Source: Candidatus Magasanikiibacteriota bacterium
GTDB lineage: Bacteria; Patescibacteriota; Patescibacteriia; Magasanikbacterales; 2-02-FULL-50-9b
Assembly: GCA_023246755.1 (NCBI GenBank)
Contig: JAHFHU010000006.1
Location: 1-62,031 of the forward strand
Direction: 5' to 3'
Length of the DNA: 62,031 nt
Made by a program: the position numbers and the translations under genes. Below, piece by piece: positions 7,712-16,125 of this stretch; positions within the stretch are counted from its first letter, which is position 1; every line of letters begins with the position of its first letter. The notes under the pieces were generated by a model that searched no databases, was not told the origin of the DNA, and worked only from the letters and a program-made list of their open reading frames with translations.

Positions 7712-9715
7712 TTGTTTGTGAAAAGAAAATTCTCGCACATTTTTGTTGCATGCACCGTTGTGGCCTCACTGCTTCTGACATCAGACGCGGTGTTTGCGAT
7801 GGTTACGAATGATCCGCAACTTAATTTAGTCGGTGGCGTTGAAACAATACAATTGCCGCAAGCATGGGATATTACCCAAGGTTCTTCGGACGTTGTCGTT
7901 GCAGTAATCGATGCGGGCGTCGATATTTCAAATCCAGATCTGATCAACAATATTTGGCTGAATCCGAACGAAAAATCTGACGCTGCTGATAATGACGGCA
8001 ATGGATTGGTTGATGATATTCATGGGTGGAATTTTGTCAAAAATAATGGCGATGTGCGCCCATCGCCCACGTCGGCAAATGCAAGTCGAATTGGGTTAAA
8101 CCATGGGAGTGTGATCGCGGGAATTATTGGTGCGGAAGGGAATAACGGAATCGGCGGCGCAGGGGTGAGTTGGCATGTGAAAATTATGCCGCTAAAAATT
8201 TTAGATGAACGCGGGGATGGCGATACGGATTTGGCGGTTAAAGCGATTGACTACGCGATTCAAAAAAAGGCAAATATTATTAATTTGAGTTTTGTGGGGC
8301 CAACGCCCAGTTTAGATTTTATTCAAGCGGTTCGACGCGCATACCGAGCGGGAATTTTGGTAGTTGCTGCTGCGGGAAATGCACCGGAAGGCGGAAGTGG
8401 AACAAATCTTAATTTTGTTCCGCAATATCCGGTTTGTTTTGACGATCCGCTTAAAGAAGAGAATTGGGTGCTCGGCGTTGCGGCGCTGACTGATCTGGGT
8501 GCGCTCGCGCCGTTTTCAAATTTTGGAAGTAAGTGCATCGATGTTGCGGCGCCCGGGTTTCGTTTGCCGTCGACAATGTTGTTTGATCCGCCATCGGGTA
8601 ACACGGAAATTTATGGCGGTGCGTGGTCCGGAACATCGGTTGCGGCGCCGTTTGTGAGTGGTGTTGCCGCGCTCATAAAAAGTATTCAACCGACGTGGGG
8701 GCCTGATGAAATTCGAAAAGCAATTCTTAATACGGTGGATCCAATTCCGGGCAACACGGATCACGCCGCAGGTTTGGGTTCGATAAACGCATTTAAAGCA
8801 GCGCAATATGCGAGGCAAGGTGGCGACGGTGGGTTGCCGGAAGGTTTTTATGTAGCCTCGGTTACGACGTCACGAGGAGTTGTCGCCCATATTTTGAACA
8901 CACAGTTTGATGAAATCAAAAATTTCATCGTGGGGCCTGCGCGCGCGGGTGAAATTCATGTCGTCACCGCGGATCTACACGCATCCGGCGTCGCGCAAAT
9001 TGTTGCAACGGTTCCTGATCGAAGAGGCTCGCTCGTTCGAATTTTTCAACGAGACGGAAAATTGCTGAAAGAATTTCGTCCATTTGGCACACGGGAGCGA
9101 GGCCCCTTGTCAATTGCAATACTCGACATCGACAGCGATGGTTTTGATGAACTCGTCGTTGCATCGAGCGCCCAGAAACGCGTGATGATTTTGAACGGGG
9201 ATGGTACGGTGCGGGGAAATATCATGATTCCTGAAACAAAAGGAGTCGTAACCGTTGCAGCACATCATTTTGTCGAGCGATCGATTATCACAACAGCTGT
9301 GCAGCAGGGCAAAGCGGTGATCGTTTATGAGTGGGACCCGATCGGAACGTATATTTCTGATTTTTCAACAACGCTTGATGCGCCAACACCGCTGTCGTTT
9401 GGCTTTACAAATGCAAACGGTGGTGTGGCACAAATGTATATTGCCCAACAGTCAGCATCTGGAGTTCATGTGCAGAACTTTTCTTTGCGTGGCGAGTTAC
9501 TCCAAAGTTTTGATGCGCGTCCATCCGCCGGACAATTATTTGGATTTGCGTTTGGGCGTGTGAATGCGGGAACTGATCCACATCTCGTGCTCGGGGTATC
9601 ACAAAATAACACTCCGCGATTTGAGGTTATGGATGCAGCGGGCGCATCTGCCCTTACGATTAAAAATAATAATTTGAAATCTCAAAAATTTATCAACCTA
9701 TATTTTGGAAAATAA
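7712..9715 (+). CDS. Secreted subtilisin-like (S8) serine protease with a C-terminal FG-GAP/beta-propeller-like region
   Basis: Signal-like N-terminus. Catalytic triad contexts are VAVIDAGVD (Asp), NHGSVIAGIIGA (His) and GTSVAAPFVSGVAAL (Ser). The C-terminal ~280 aa contains DIDSDGFDELVVAS-type FG-GAP motifs. TTG start at 7712; the exact start is uncertain. Confidence 0.85.
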   Translation: MFVKRKFSHIFVACTVVASLLLTSDAVFAMVTNDPQLNLVGGVETIQLPQAWDITQGSSDVVVAVIDAGVDISNPDLINNIWLNPNEKSDAADNDGNGLVDDIHGWNFVKNNGDVRPSPTSANASRIGLNHGSVIAGIIGAEGNNGIGGAGVSWHVKIMPLKILDERGDGDTDLAVKAIDYAIQKKANIINLSFVGPTPSLDFIQAVRRAYRAGILVVAAAGNAPEGGSGTNLNFVPQYPVCFDDPLKEENWVLGVAALTDLGALAPFSNFGSKCIDVAAPGFRLPSTMLFDPPSGNTEIYGGAWSGTSVAAPFVSGVAALIKSIQPTWGPDEIRKAILNTVDPIPGNTDHAAGLGSINAFKAAQYARQGGDGGLPEGFYVASVTTSRGVVAHILNTQFDEIKNFIVGPARAGEIHVVTADLHASGVAQIVATVPDRRGSLVRIFQRDGKLLKEFRPFGTRERGPLSIAILDIDSDGFDELVVASSAQKRVMILNGDGTVRGNIMIPETKGVVTVAAHHFVERSIITTAVQQGKAVIVYEWDPIGTYISDFSTTLDAPTPLSFGFTNANGGVAQMYIAQQSASGVHVQNFSLRGELLQSFDARPSAGQLFGFAFGRVNAGTDPHLVLGVSQNNTPRFEVMDAAGASALTIKNNNLKSQKFINLYFGK

Positions 9716-9721
9716 TTTTCT

Positions 9722-10738
9722 ATGGCAACATCATCTGAATTTCAAAAGAAGAATTCGATTGTAACGGGAGGCGCTGGTTTTATCGGATCGCATTTGTGTG
9801 AGGCGTTGCTCGAGGAGGGTCGTGTAATTTGTATCGATAATTTGAGTAATGCGGCGACGGATAATATTGAGCCGCTGTTGAGCAATCCGGATTTTGTTTT
9901 TTTAAAACACGATGTCACACAGCCGTTAAATCTTGAGGCGTTGCCCGAGCTTGAGCGATTTCGAATTGGTGTTCAGGGGGTGCAAGAAATTTTTCATCTC
10001 GCGTGTCCGATGAGCGTTCGAAATTTTCACGACAATCGAATTTTAATTTTGGATGCAAATAGTTCGGCTGTTAAAATGACGCTTGATTGGGCGGTGAAAT
10101 ATAAATCGCGCTACATTTTTGCGTCGAGCGGTTGTGTGTACGGTCCGCGTGTTGATGAAAAACCAGTCGTTGAAAAAAATGTGGGGCTCACCGATCACTT
10201 GTCCTATCGCGCGGCATACGACGAAGGTAAGCGCTTTGCGGAAACGGTTGCGGGGACGTACATGGATGCGCTCGGCGTTGATGTTCGAATCGCTCGAATT
10301 TTTCGCACGTACGGTCCGCGACTTAAAATGTACGATGCTCAGATGGTGACCGAGTTTGTTGCGAGCGCGCTTGACAATGCTCCACTCGTCATTTACGGTC
10401 AGGAGGGAATGAAAACGACGTTGCTGTATGTGGGTGACGCGGTTTCTGCTTTGCTCAAACTCGCAAAAGCACAGCCCGGAATTGGGCCGGTCAACATCGG
10501 AAGTCAGGAAGAATATTCGTTCGCGCAAATCGCCGAAAAAGTTCGCGAAATTGTTGGGGGGACGTCAACTATTGCGCATGAAGCGCCGCTCGAATTTTTG
10601 TCGGAACATGTTATTCCAGATATTTCATACGCAAAACAAGTTTTAGGATGGATGCCGCTCACTCGACTTGAAAATGGTTTGCAACACCTCACGGATTATG
10701 TGAGCGCAAATCGTCACAAGTTGACATATTCGCTATGA
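9722..10738 (+). CDS. NAD-dependent SDR epimerase/dehydratase, UDP-glucuronate decarboxylase (UXS)-like
   Basis: GGAGFIGSHLCEALL Rossmann motif. The YDEGKRFAE active-site YxxxK context is characteristic of UDP-xylose synthases. Confidence 0.8.
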   Translation: MATSSEFQKKNSIVTGGAGFIGSHLCEALLEEGRVICIDNLSNAATDNIEPLLSNPDFVFLKHDVTQPLNLEALPELERFRIGVQGVQEIFHLACPMSVRNFHDNRILILDANSSAVKMTLDWAVKYKSRYIFASSGCVYGPRVDEKPVVEKNVGLTDHLSYRAAYDEGKRFAETVAGTYMDALGVDVRIARIFRTYGPRLKMYDAQMVTEFVASALDNAPLVIYGQEGMKTTLLYVGDAVSALLKLAKAQPGIGPVNIGSQEEYSFAQIAEKVREIVGGTSTIAHEAPLEFLSEHVIPDISYAKQVLGWMPLTRLENGLQHLTDYVSANRHKLTYSL

Positions 10739-11391
10739 AAATTCTTGTCGTTGTACCCGCGTACAACGAGGCGAATGCAATCACCTCAGTTCTTGTTGCT
10801 CTGCGAAGTAACAAATACGATATTCTGGTTGTTGATGATGGTTCGAGCGATGCGACGGGAGATGTCGCACGTGCGCACGGCGTGAGCGTGGTTCGTCATC
10901 TGTTTAACCGCGGACTTGGTGCGGCGCTCCGAACCGGATTTGCGTATGCGGTGGACCATGATTACGATGCGGTCATCACACTTGATGCAGACGGACAACA
11001 CAGCCCCGTGGAAATCTCGCGATTTTGTGCTGCTCTTGATCGGGGTGCCGACGTTGTCATCGGCCAGCGTGAACGAAGCGCGATGCCGCTGATCCGACAA
11101 ATTTATACGGCGTGCGGGGCGCTCGTGACCAGTGGTTTGTTTGGCGGGCCGCTCATCGATTCGCAATCAGGTTTTCGTGCGCTTCGATGTAGCGTATTAA
11201 AAAAATTCAATCTCACAACTTCGCGCATGGAAATTTCGTCTGAAATTCTCGCCGAGGCACATCGTGTGGGCGCGTCCGTTGAGCAGGTGCCGATTTCTGT
11301 TAAATATACGCAGTACTCGATGAGCAAGGGGCAAGGTTTTTTTGAAGGCATGCGAACCATGTGGCGATTGTTGCTCAAAAGTTTTAGTTAA
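10735..11391 (+). CDS. GT-A fold glycosyltransferase, family 2 (polyprenyl-phosphate glycosyltransferase-like)
   Basis: VVVPAYNEANAI, VVDDGSSDAT and TLDADGQH motifs. The start overlaps the upstream stop (ATGA). Confidence 0.85.
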   Translation: MKILVVVPAYNEANAITSVLVALRSNKYDILVVDDGSSDATGDVARAHGVSVVRHLFNRGLGAALRTGFAYAVDHDYDAVITLDADGQHSPVEISRFCAALDRGADVVIGQRERSAMPLIRQIYTACGALVTSGLFGGPLIDSQSGFRALRCSVLKKFNLTTSRMEISSEILAEAHRVGASVEQVPISVKYTQYSMSKGQGFFEGMRTMWRLLLKSFS

Positions 11392-11414
11392 CGCGATTAA
11401 TCGAATACGCCGAT

Positions 11415-11768
11415 ATGTCACAACAACCATTGCTCATGCAGATTATATTGTCAGCGATCGCGCTTCTCGGTTTTGAGCGCGTGCTCAATCGTTTGCGTGC
11501 GCGGCAGCTCGGAATCGGCATTGTTGTTGTGTGGATTTTTGGCGGGATTATTTTTTTATTATTTGTGTGGCAGCCGAATTTGGCGACGAGTCTTTCACAA
11601 AAGCTCGGGATTGGGCGCGGTGTTGATGCAGCTGTTTATGTTTCTGTCGCGGTTTTATTTTACGCAATTCTTCGAATTTTTTTGCGTCTTGAGCGACAAG
11701 AGAATCATATCACGACGCTCGTGAGCGAAATTGCGTTGCTTCGAAACGAACGTGAGTCAAAAAAATAA
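11415..11768 (+). CDS. Small integral membrane protein (DUF2304-like, often paired with GT2)
   Basis: 117 aa with three hydrophobic helices and a charged C-terminal tail. It sits directly after a GT2 gene, as in the DUF2304 family. The family call comes from memory of that architecture only. Confidence 0.45.
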   Translation: MSQQPLLMQIILSAIALLGFERVLNRLRARQLGIGIVVVWIFGGIIFLLFVWQPNLATSLSQKLGIGRGVDAAVYVSVAVLFYAILRIFLRLERQENHITTLVSEIALLRNERESKK

Positions 11769-11777
11769 TATCGAGTT

Positions 11778-12884
11778 ATGCGTGTTGCATTTATTAGCGC
11801 GGTTTTTCCGCCAACGCAGGGCGGCATGTGTACCGTCGCTGGCGCGGAAGCACGTGCGATGAGCCGCTCGGGCACGCATCAGATTGAAATTTTTACTTTG
11901 CAAACAGACGATTCGCGGCAAAATTTAGTTATCGATCGATCATGTGATGCACCCGTTATTCGTCTGCGTGGTTTCCCGCGGATTTCTCTTAGTGGTTTTG
12001 TTCCACAGCTTTTATGGAAACTTCGAACATGTGATGTGGTTTATGCACATCTTCCCGCATACGGTTTCATGGAAGTTTTGATATTGTGGAAAATTTTTAC
12101 GCGTCGACGATTGGTAGTCACTCTCCATATGGATCCGGTTGGTACGGGATTTTTTAAATATATTTTTAAAATTGAGCGGATTGTTTTGCGAGCGCTACTT
12201 CGCGTGGCTGATCGAATTCGTGTTTCAACACAAAATTTTTCGCGCGAAAAAATTTTTAAAAATATCAAACGCGAAAAAATTTCTATTATTCCATTTGGTA
12301 TTGACCTCAAAAGATTTTATCCCGCAGCAAAACCAACAAACAAAAATATTTTTTTATTTGTGGGACGATTGAGTCGGACACATTATTTTAAGGGCGTTGA
12401 ATTATTACTCCGCGCATTTCACGTGATTGTGCAAAAAAATTTTGATGCGGAGCTCTGGATTGTTGGCGACGGAGATGAACGCGCGCAATACGAGCGTATC
12501 ACTGAAAAATTACATATTTCAAAAAAGGTGCGTTTTTTTGGAGCGGTTTCGGATGACGCATTGCCAGAAATTTATCGTCAGGCGCGTGTCATGGTTTTGC
12601 CTTCAACGGACAGCTCGGAAACGTTCGGTCTCGTGCTGCTTGAGGCGATGGCGTCGGGTGTGCCGGTGATTGCGAGCGATGTTCCGGGCGTTGATCAGCT
12701 CGTGGTGCGAGACGTGGTCGGAAAACTCATCGATCCCGGGAATGAACAAGAGTTGGTCGATGCGCTCGTTGACGCATGCACATTTCCCGAGGAGTGGTCA
12801 CACCGGGCGATCGCCGCTCGTCGCCACGCGGAACAATTCGGAGACTGGACAACCATTGCGAGTCGTGTGAGCGATCTGCTATAA
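11778..12884 (+). CDS. GT-B fold glycosyltransferase, family 4-like
   Basis: ETFGLVLLEAMASGVPVIASDVPGVDQLVVRDVVGKLIDP signature. Confidence 0.85.
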   Translation: MRVAFISAVFPPTQGGMCTVAGAEARAMSRSGTHQIEIFTLQTDDSRQNLVIDRSCDAPVIRLRGFPRISLSGFVPQLLWKLRTCDVVYAHLPAYGFMEVLILWKIFTRRRLVVTLHMDPVGTGFFKYIFKIERIVLRALLRVADRIRVSTQNFSREKIFKNIKREKISIIPFGIDLKRFYPAAKPTNKNIFLFVGRLSRTHYFKGVELLLRAFHVIVQKNFDAELWIVGDGDERAQYERITEKLHISKKVRFFGAVSDDALPEIYRQARVMVLPSTDSSETFGLVLLEAMASGVPVIASDVPGVDQLVVRDVVGKLIDPGNEQELVDALVDACTFPEEWSHRAIAARRHAEQFGDWTTIASRVSDLL

Positions 12885-13669
12885 TGCGACCCATCAGTCA
12901 TTTTTTTATACGTATGCAAGAACAGAATGAATCATCATGGATGAGTTCAGTGCCTCCCAAGACACTGTTCATCGGCGGAATCGTTGGGGGAGTTTTAGTC
13001 CTGTGCACCATCGGCTTCTTTATTTTACTCGGCATCACCCTCAAGGGCGGTTCGAGTGGATCAGTCGTATATCCACCAACAGACGCGCCGAGCGCGGGCA
13101 ATCCGAGTGCAGGGCAGCCCGCACCCGTTGGCAAGCCTGCTGCAGTTGGGTCAGACGATCACGTGATCGGAAGTGGAAAAGTTACAGTTATCGAATACTC
13201 TGATTTTCAATGTCCATTTTGTCAGCGATTTCATCCGACAATTCAGAAGCTCATCAGCGAATATAACGGTAAAGCACGCTTTGTTTTTCGTTCATTTCCA
13301 TTAAACTCAATTCATCCACACGCACAAAAAGCTGCTGAAGCTGCTGAATGTATTGCGAGTTTGAAAGGAAATGATGCGTTTTGGAAATATGCAGATTTGC
13401 TGTTTCAAAATCAAGATGCGCTCGGCGATGCGTTGTATGCGGATCTTGCGGTGAAAGTTGGTGTGAATAAATCAGCGCTTCAGGGTTGTTTGTCGAGTGG
13501 TAAGTTTACCGCAAAAGTTAAGGCATCGGAATCAGAAGGCGAGCAGGCGGGTGTTCAAGGAACTCCAGCGACCTTCGTTATTGCTGCGGATGGTTCAACC
13601 GAATTAATTGGCGGCGCACTTCCGTATGAGCAGGCAAAAGCATATATTGAGCGTGCTTTGCAGAAATAA
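12884..13669 (+). CDS. Membrane-anchored DsbA-family thiol:disulfide oxidoreductase
   Basis: TM anchor LFIGGIVGGVLVLCTIGFFILLGI. Thioredoxin-fold motif FQCPFCQRF with a DsbA-like helical insert. ATG 12884 overlaps the upstream TAA; ATG 12914 is an equally plausible start. Confidence 0.8.
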   Translation: MRPISHFFIRMQEQNESSWMSSVPPKTLFIGGIVGGVLVLCTIGFFILLGITLKGGSSGSVVYPPTDAPSAGNPSAGQPAPVGKPAAVGSDDHVIGSGKVTVIEYSDFQCPFCQRFHPTIQKLISEYNGKARFVFRSFPLNSIHPHAQKAAEAAECIASLKGNDAFWKYADLLFQNQDALGDALYADLAVKVGVNKSALQGCLSSGKFTAKVKASESEGEQAGVQGTPATFVIAADGSTELIGGALPYEQAKAYIERALQK

Positions 13670-13684
13670 GAATAGGCTAAATCT

Positions 13685-13969
13685 ATGAAAAAGAAATTTT
13701 TGAAAGGCGTTGCTCTCGGCGGATTGCTTGCAGGCATCGCTGTGTGGGCGCACACAACGCCAAAAGGACGGCAATCTAAAGCACTTGCGGAAGAAAAGTT
13801 AAAAACAATCTGGGGAAAACTCGAGAAAGAGTATCATGGGATTGACCCTGATAAGATTTCTGATATTAAGAAAGACGTTCGGGCCGCGCTTAAAACATGG
13901 AAAAGTTCGAAAGAGATTTCCGGTGATGTTAAGCGGGCGCTCGGGTGGGTTGCAAAAAAAATCTCGTAG
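13685..13969 (+). CDS. Small membrane-anchored protein, YtxH-like
   Basis: 94 aa. An N-terminal helix GVALGGLLAGIAVWA is followed by TPKGRQSK and a Lys/Glu-rich helical tail, similar to YtxH-family general stress proteins. Confidence 0.45.
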   Translation: MKKKFLKGVALGGLLAGIAVWAHTTPKGRQSKALAEEKLKTIWGKLEKEYHGIDPDKISDIKKDVRAALKTWKSSKEISGDVKRALGWVAKKIS

Positions 13970-13990
13970 GCGGTGACGAAAAATCAAAAG

Positions 13991-14025
13991 TTATCCGGAT
14001 ATCCACAAGGATAACCTGCGGATAA
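13991..14025. promoter_or_regulatory. Cluster of four DnaA-box-like TTATCC motifs
   Basis: TTATCCGGA (13991-13999), ATATCCACA (13999-14007), the reverse complement of 14006-14014 = TTATCCTTG, and the reverse complement of 14017-14025 = TTATCCGCA. The consensus is TTATCCACA. Confidence 0.3.
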
Positions 14026-14029
14026 GAAA

Positions 14030-14056
14030 CCCTTGCAAAGTGCAGGGGTTTTTGTT
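14030..14056 (+). terminator. Rho-independent terminator after the YtxH-like gene
   Basis: CCCTTGC-aaagt-GCAGGGG stem (7 bp including one G-U pair) followed by TTTTTGTT. Confidence 0.6.
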
Positions 14057-14300
14057 ACGGTGAGTGTGCTCCAAAACACTTTGCGTGTGCGCCAATGAAT
14101 GCGCCAAAACCAGAGGAGGGGAGTTGTTTGACAGCGTGAGGAGCGCTGCAGTATCGCCGAGGACGGTGCGCATGGAATTTTTGGCATGGGAGGGGGAACT
14201 CGCGCTGAAAATACCCTGGTGACAACTTAAAGTTGGGAGGGATTCTCGCATAAAATTAATACGTGCGGCCTCGGGACTGGAAAATCTCGGGGCTTTGCGT

Positions 14301-14306
14301 TATAAT
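14301..14306 (+). promoter_or_regulatory. -10 box (cgtTATAAT) placed 7 nt before ATG 14313; implies a leaderless or near-leaderless mRNA
   Basis: TATAAT at 14301-14306 and ATG at 14313. The same CGTTATAAT string occurs at 4762-4770 and 6962-6970. Confidence 0.4.
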
Positions 14307-14312
14307 TGCGCC

Positions 14313-15449
14313 ATGAAAATTTTGATGATCATCACCGAGGGGGATTTGGGTGGCGCGCAGCGGCACGTGCTTGATGTGTCGCGCGAATTACATCGGCGGG
14401 GTCATGACGTTCATATCGCCGTCGGAGGGGTTTTTTCTGAAATGGAGCGGGCAGCCACCGAACAGGTGCCCGCGATTCCTGTTGTGCGTCTACGTCATCT
14501 TGTTCGTTCGATTAATTTTGCGACGGACATTCGTGCTTTTTTTGAGATTTATCGTTTGGTTCGAAAAATGCGTCCGGACATCGTGCATTGTCATAGTTCG
14601 AAAGCGGGTGTTATTGGTTCCATTGCGGCGCGATGTGCGGGTGCGGGAGTCGTATATACGGCGCATGGCTTTGTTTTTCGTGAGGAATTGGGGTTGCATA
14701 CACGTTTTTTTTATGCGTGGATTGAACGATGTGCGAGTTTTTTTCGGCACAAAATCATTACCGTTTCACAAAGCGACGCGGATGCAGCGCGCACGCGTCG
14801 AATTGCTTCGTCAAAAAAAATACAGGTTATCCCGAACGGGATCGATCAGGCGCTCGCCTCCGAATTACTTGATCCATCCGAAGCGCGCCGTACAATAAGT
14901 TCGTGGTGCAGCGCTGATTTATCCAACGCAAAAATCGTTTTATCGATTGCAAATTTTTTTACGGTAAAAAATATTCCACTGCTCATTCATGCGTTTGAGT
15001 CGGTGATTCCGCGTGTGCCGGAGGCGCGGCTGGTTTTGATCGGTGATGGAGCTGAACGCGCTTTGTGTGAGCGAATCGTGAGTAAAAATGAGAAAATAAT
15101 CGATCGCGTTTTTTTTGTTGGCAAACACGCGGATGCATTTCGTGTTTTGCGCGGTGCCGATGTTCTGTGTTTGACATCAACAAAAGAAGGTATGCCGTAC
15201 GTTGTGCTCGAAGCGAAACTCGCGGGAACGCCGATTGTAGCGACGCGTGTTGGCGGAATTCCTGAAATGGGCGAGGGAGTTGGGCTTCGATTAGTTGTGC
15301 CGCACGCTCCTGAAATTTTTTCCGATGCGATCGTTGATGTGCTGCGTGAAGGAAAAAAAATGTCGGAGGGTGGTGCGCTGATGAAACCTGCGTTTACTTT
15401 GTCTGGAATGGTTGATGCAATCGAAGCTGTCTATCGATCTGTGCGTTAA
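14313..15449 (+). CDS. GT-B fold glycosyltransferase, family 4-like
   Basis: The N-terminus MKILMIITEGDLGGAQRHV and the segment EGMPYVVLEAKLAGTPIVATRVGGIPEM fit GT4. ATG 14313 is preferred over the track's TTG 14295. Confidence 0.85.
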   Translation: MKILMIITEGDLGGAQRHVLDVSRELHRRGHDVHIAVGGVFSEMERAATEQVPAIPVVRLRHLVRSINFATDIRAFFEIYRLVRKMRPDIVHCHSSKAGVIGSIAARCAGAGVVYTAHGFVFREELGLHTRFFYAWIERCASFFRHKIITVSQSDADAARTRRIASSKKIQVIPNGIDQALASELLDPSEARRTISSWCSADLSNAKIVLSIANFFTVKNIPLLIHAFESVIPRVPEARLVLIGDGAERALCERIVSKNEKIIDRVFFVGKHADAFRVLRGADVLCLTSTKEGMPYVVLEAKLAGTPIVATRVGGIPEMGEGVGLRLVVPHAPEIFSDAIVDVLREGKKMSEGGALMKPAFTLSGMVDAIEAVYRSVR

Positions 15450-16102
15450 TAAACTTCAAAATGGATGTTCGCGGGCTCGCAGTTTGCGGCAAGCAAAAGT
15501 GCGCGCACATCACGAACCATCTCTGGATTGCCGCACACATACCATGCGGCGTTTTTGTTTTCTGCGATGAGGGCGGGCAGGTGCGCGGTAACGCGGCCGA
15601 TGAGGCCTGTCCACGTTTGGTTTGGGCTTGGCTGCGAAAGCGTGATGTGCGTGTCTGGCGCGGGCGGGAGGTGCTCGGTCCAAAAAAGATCTGCTTCAGA
15701 GCGCACACCAAAGAGTGTTTGTGCGATGGCGCCGTTTTTTAAAAAACTGATGATGGGCGCGATGCCAGTTCCGCTTGCGATGAAAACGCGCGTTTCGTCG
15801 GCTGGATTAAGGGTGAACCGGCCGAGTGGCAGGCTGGCTTCAATCATGGCGCCACGTTCTGCGGATGCGAGGTATCCAGAAATATGACCGTCGTCAAAAT
15901 GTTTCATGAGAAAGGTGAGTTCTCGTGTGCCCGGCGTCCCAACAATTGAAAACGCGCGGGCGAATTTTTGTTCTGCGTGGGGCTGTTTGAGCATCACAAA
16001 TTGGCCGGGTATGAAATTAAGCGGCTCGTCGACGCTGAACGTGTAAGCCCGGATCGTTGGTGTGAGGTCGGATTTTTTGGTGAGGCGCAAAAACATATAC
16101 AC
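15446..16102 (-). CDS. Ferredoxin-NADP reductase-like FAD/NAD(P)-binding oxidoreductase
   Basis: RAFSIV (RxYS-type FAD motif), IASGTGIAPIISF (NAD(P)-binding) and YVCGNPEMV (C-terminal motif). Its stop codon shares the palindrome TTAA at 15446-15449 with the convergent GT gene. Confidence 0.8.
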   Translation of the reverse strand: MYMFLRLTKKSDLTPTIRAYTFSVDEPLNFIPGQFVMLKQPHAEQKFARAFSIVGTPGTRELTFLMKHFDDGHISGYLASAERGAMIEASLPLGRFTLNPADETRVFIASGTGIAPIISFLKNGAIAQTLFGVRSEADLFWTEHLPPAPDTHITLSQPSPNQTWTGLIGRVTAHLPALIAENKNAAWYVCGNPEMVRDVRALLLAANCEPANIHFEVY

Positions 16103-16125
16103 AATTTAACCACACTTGACAGATT

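Noticed and set aside
13991-14025. Calling the DnaA-box cluster the chromosomal origin (oriC).
   Set aside because: No dnaA or dnaN gene and no AT-rich 13-mer-like unwinding element are adjacent, and only four boxes are present. It is kept only as a low-confidence regulatory site.
14185-14245. Possible TPP riboswitch (GCUGAaA...ACCCUGG...GGGAGGGA resembles CUGAGA/ACCUGA/AGGGA elements).
   Set aside because: The motifs match only loosely. The required P2/P3 pairing could not be drawn, and the downstream gene is a glycosyltransferase rather than a thiamine-related gene.
13991-14251. 86-aa minus-strand ORF spanning the long noncoding spacer.
   Set aside because: It has no start context or SD and runs through the terminator hairpin. 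Its Ser/Leu/His/Thr-rich composition is not protein-like. The region is treated as noncoding (see the GGA-dense spacer finding).
14350-14898. 182-aa alternative-frame + strand ORF inside the GT4 gene.
   Set aside because: It overlaps a gene with clear GT4 motifs and its product is Arg/Phe/Val-rich nonsense.
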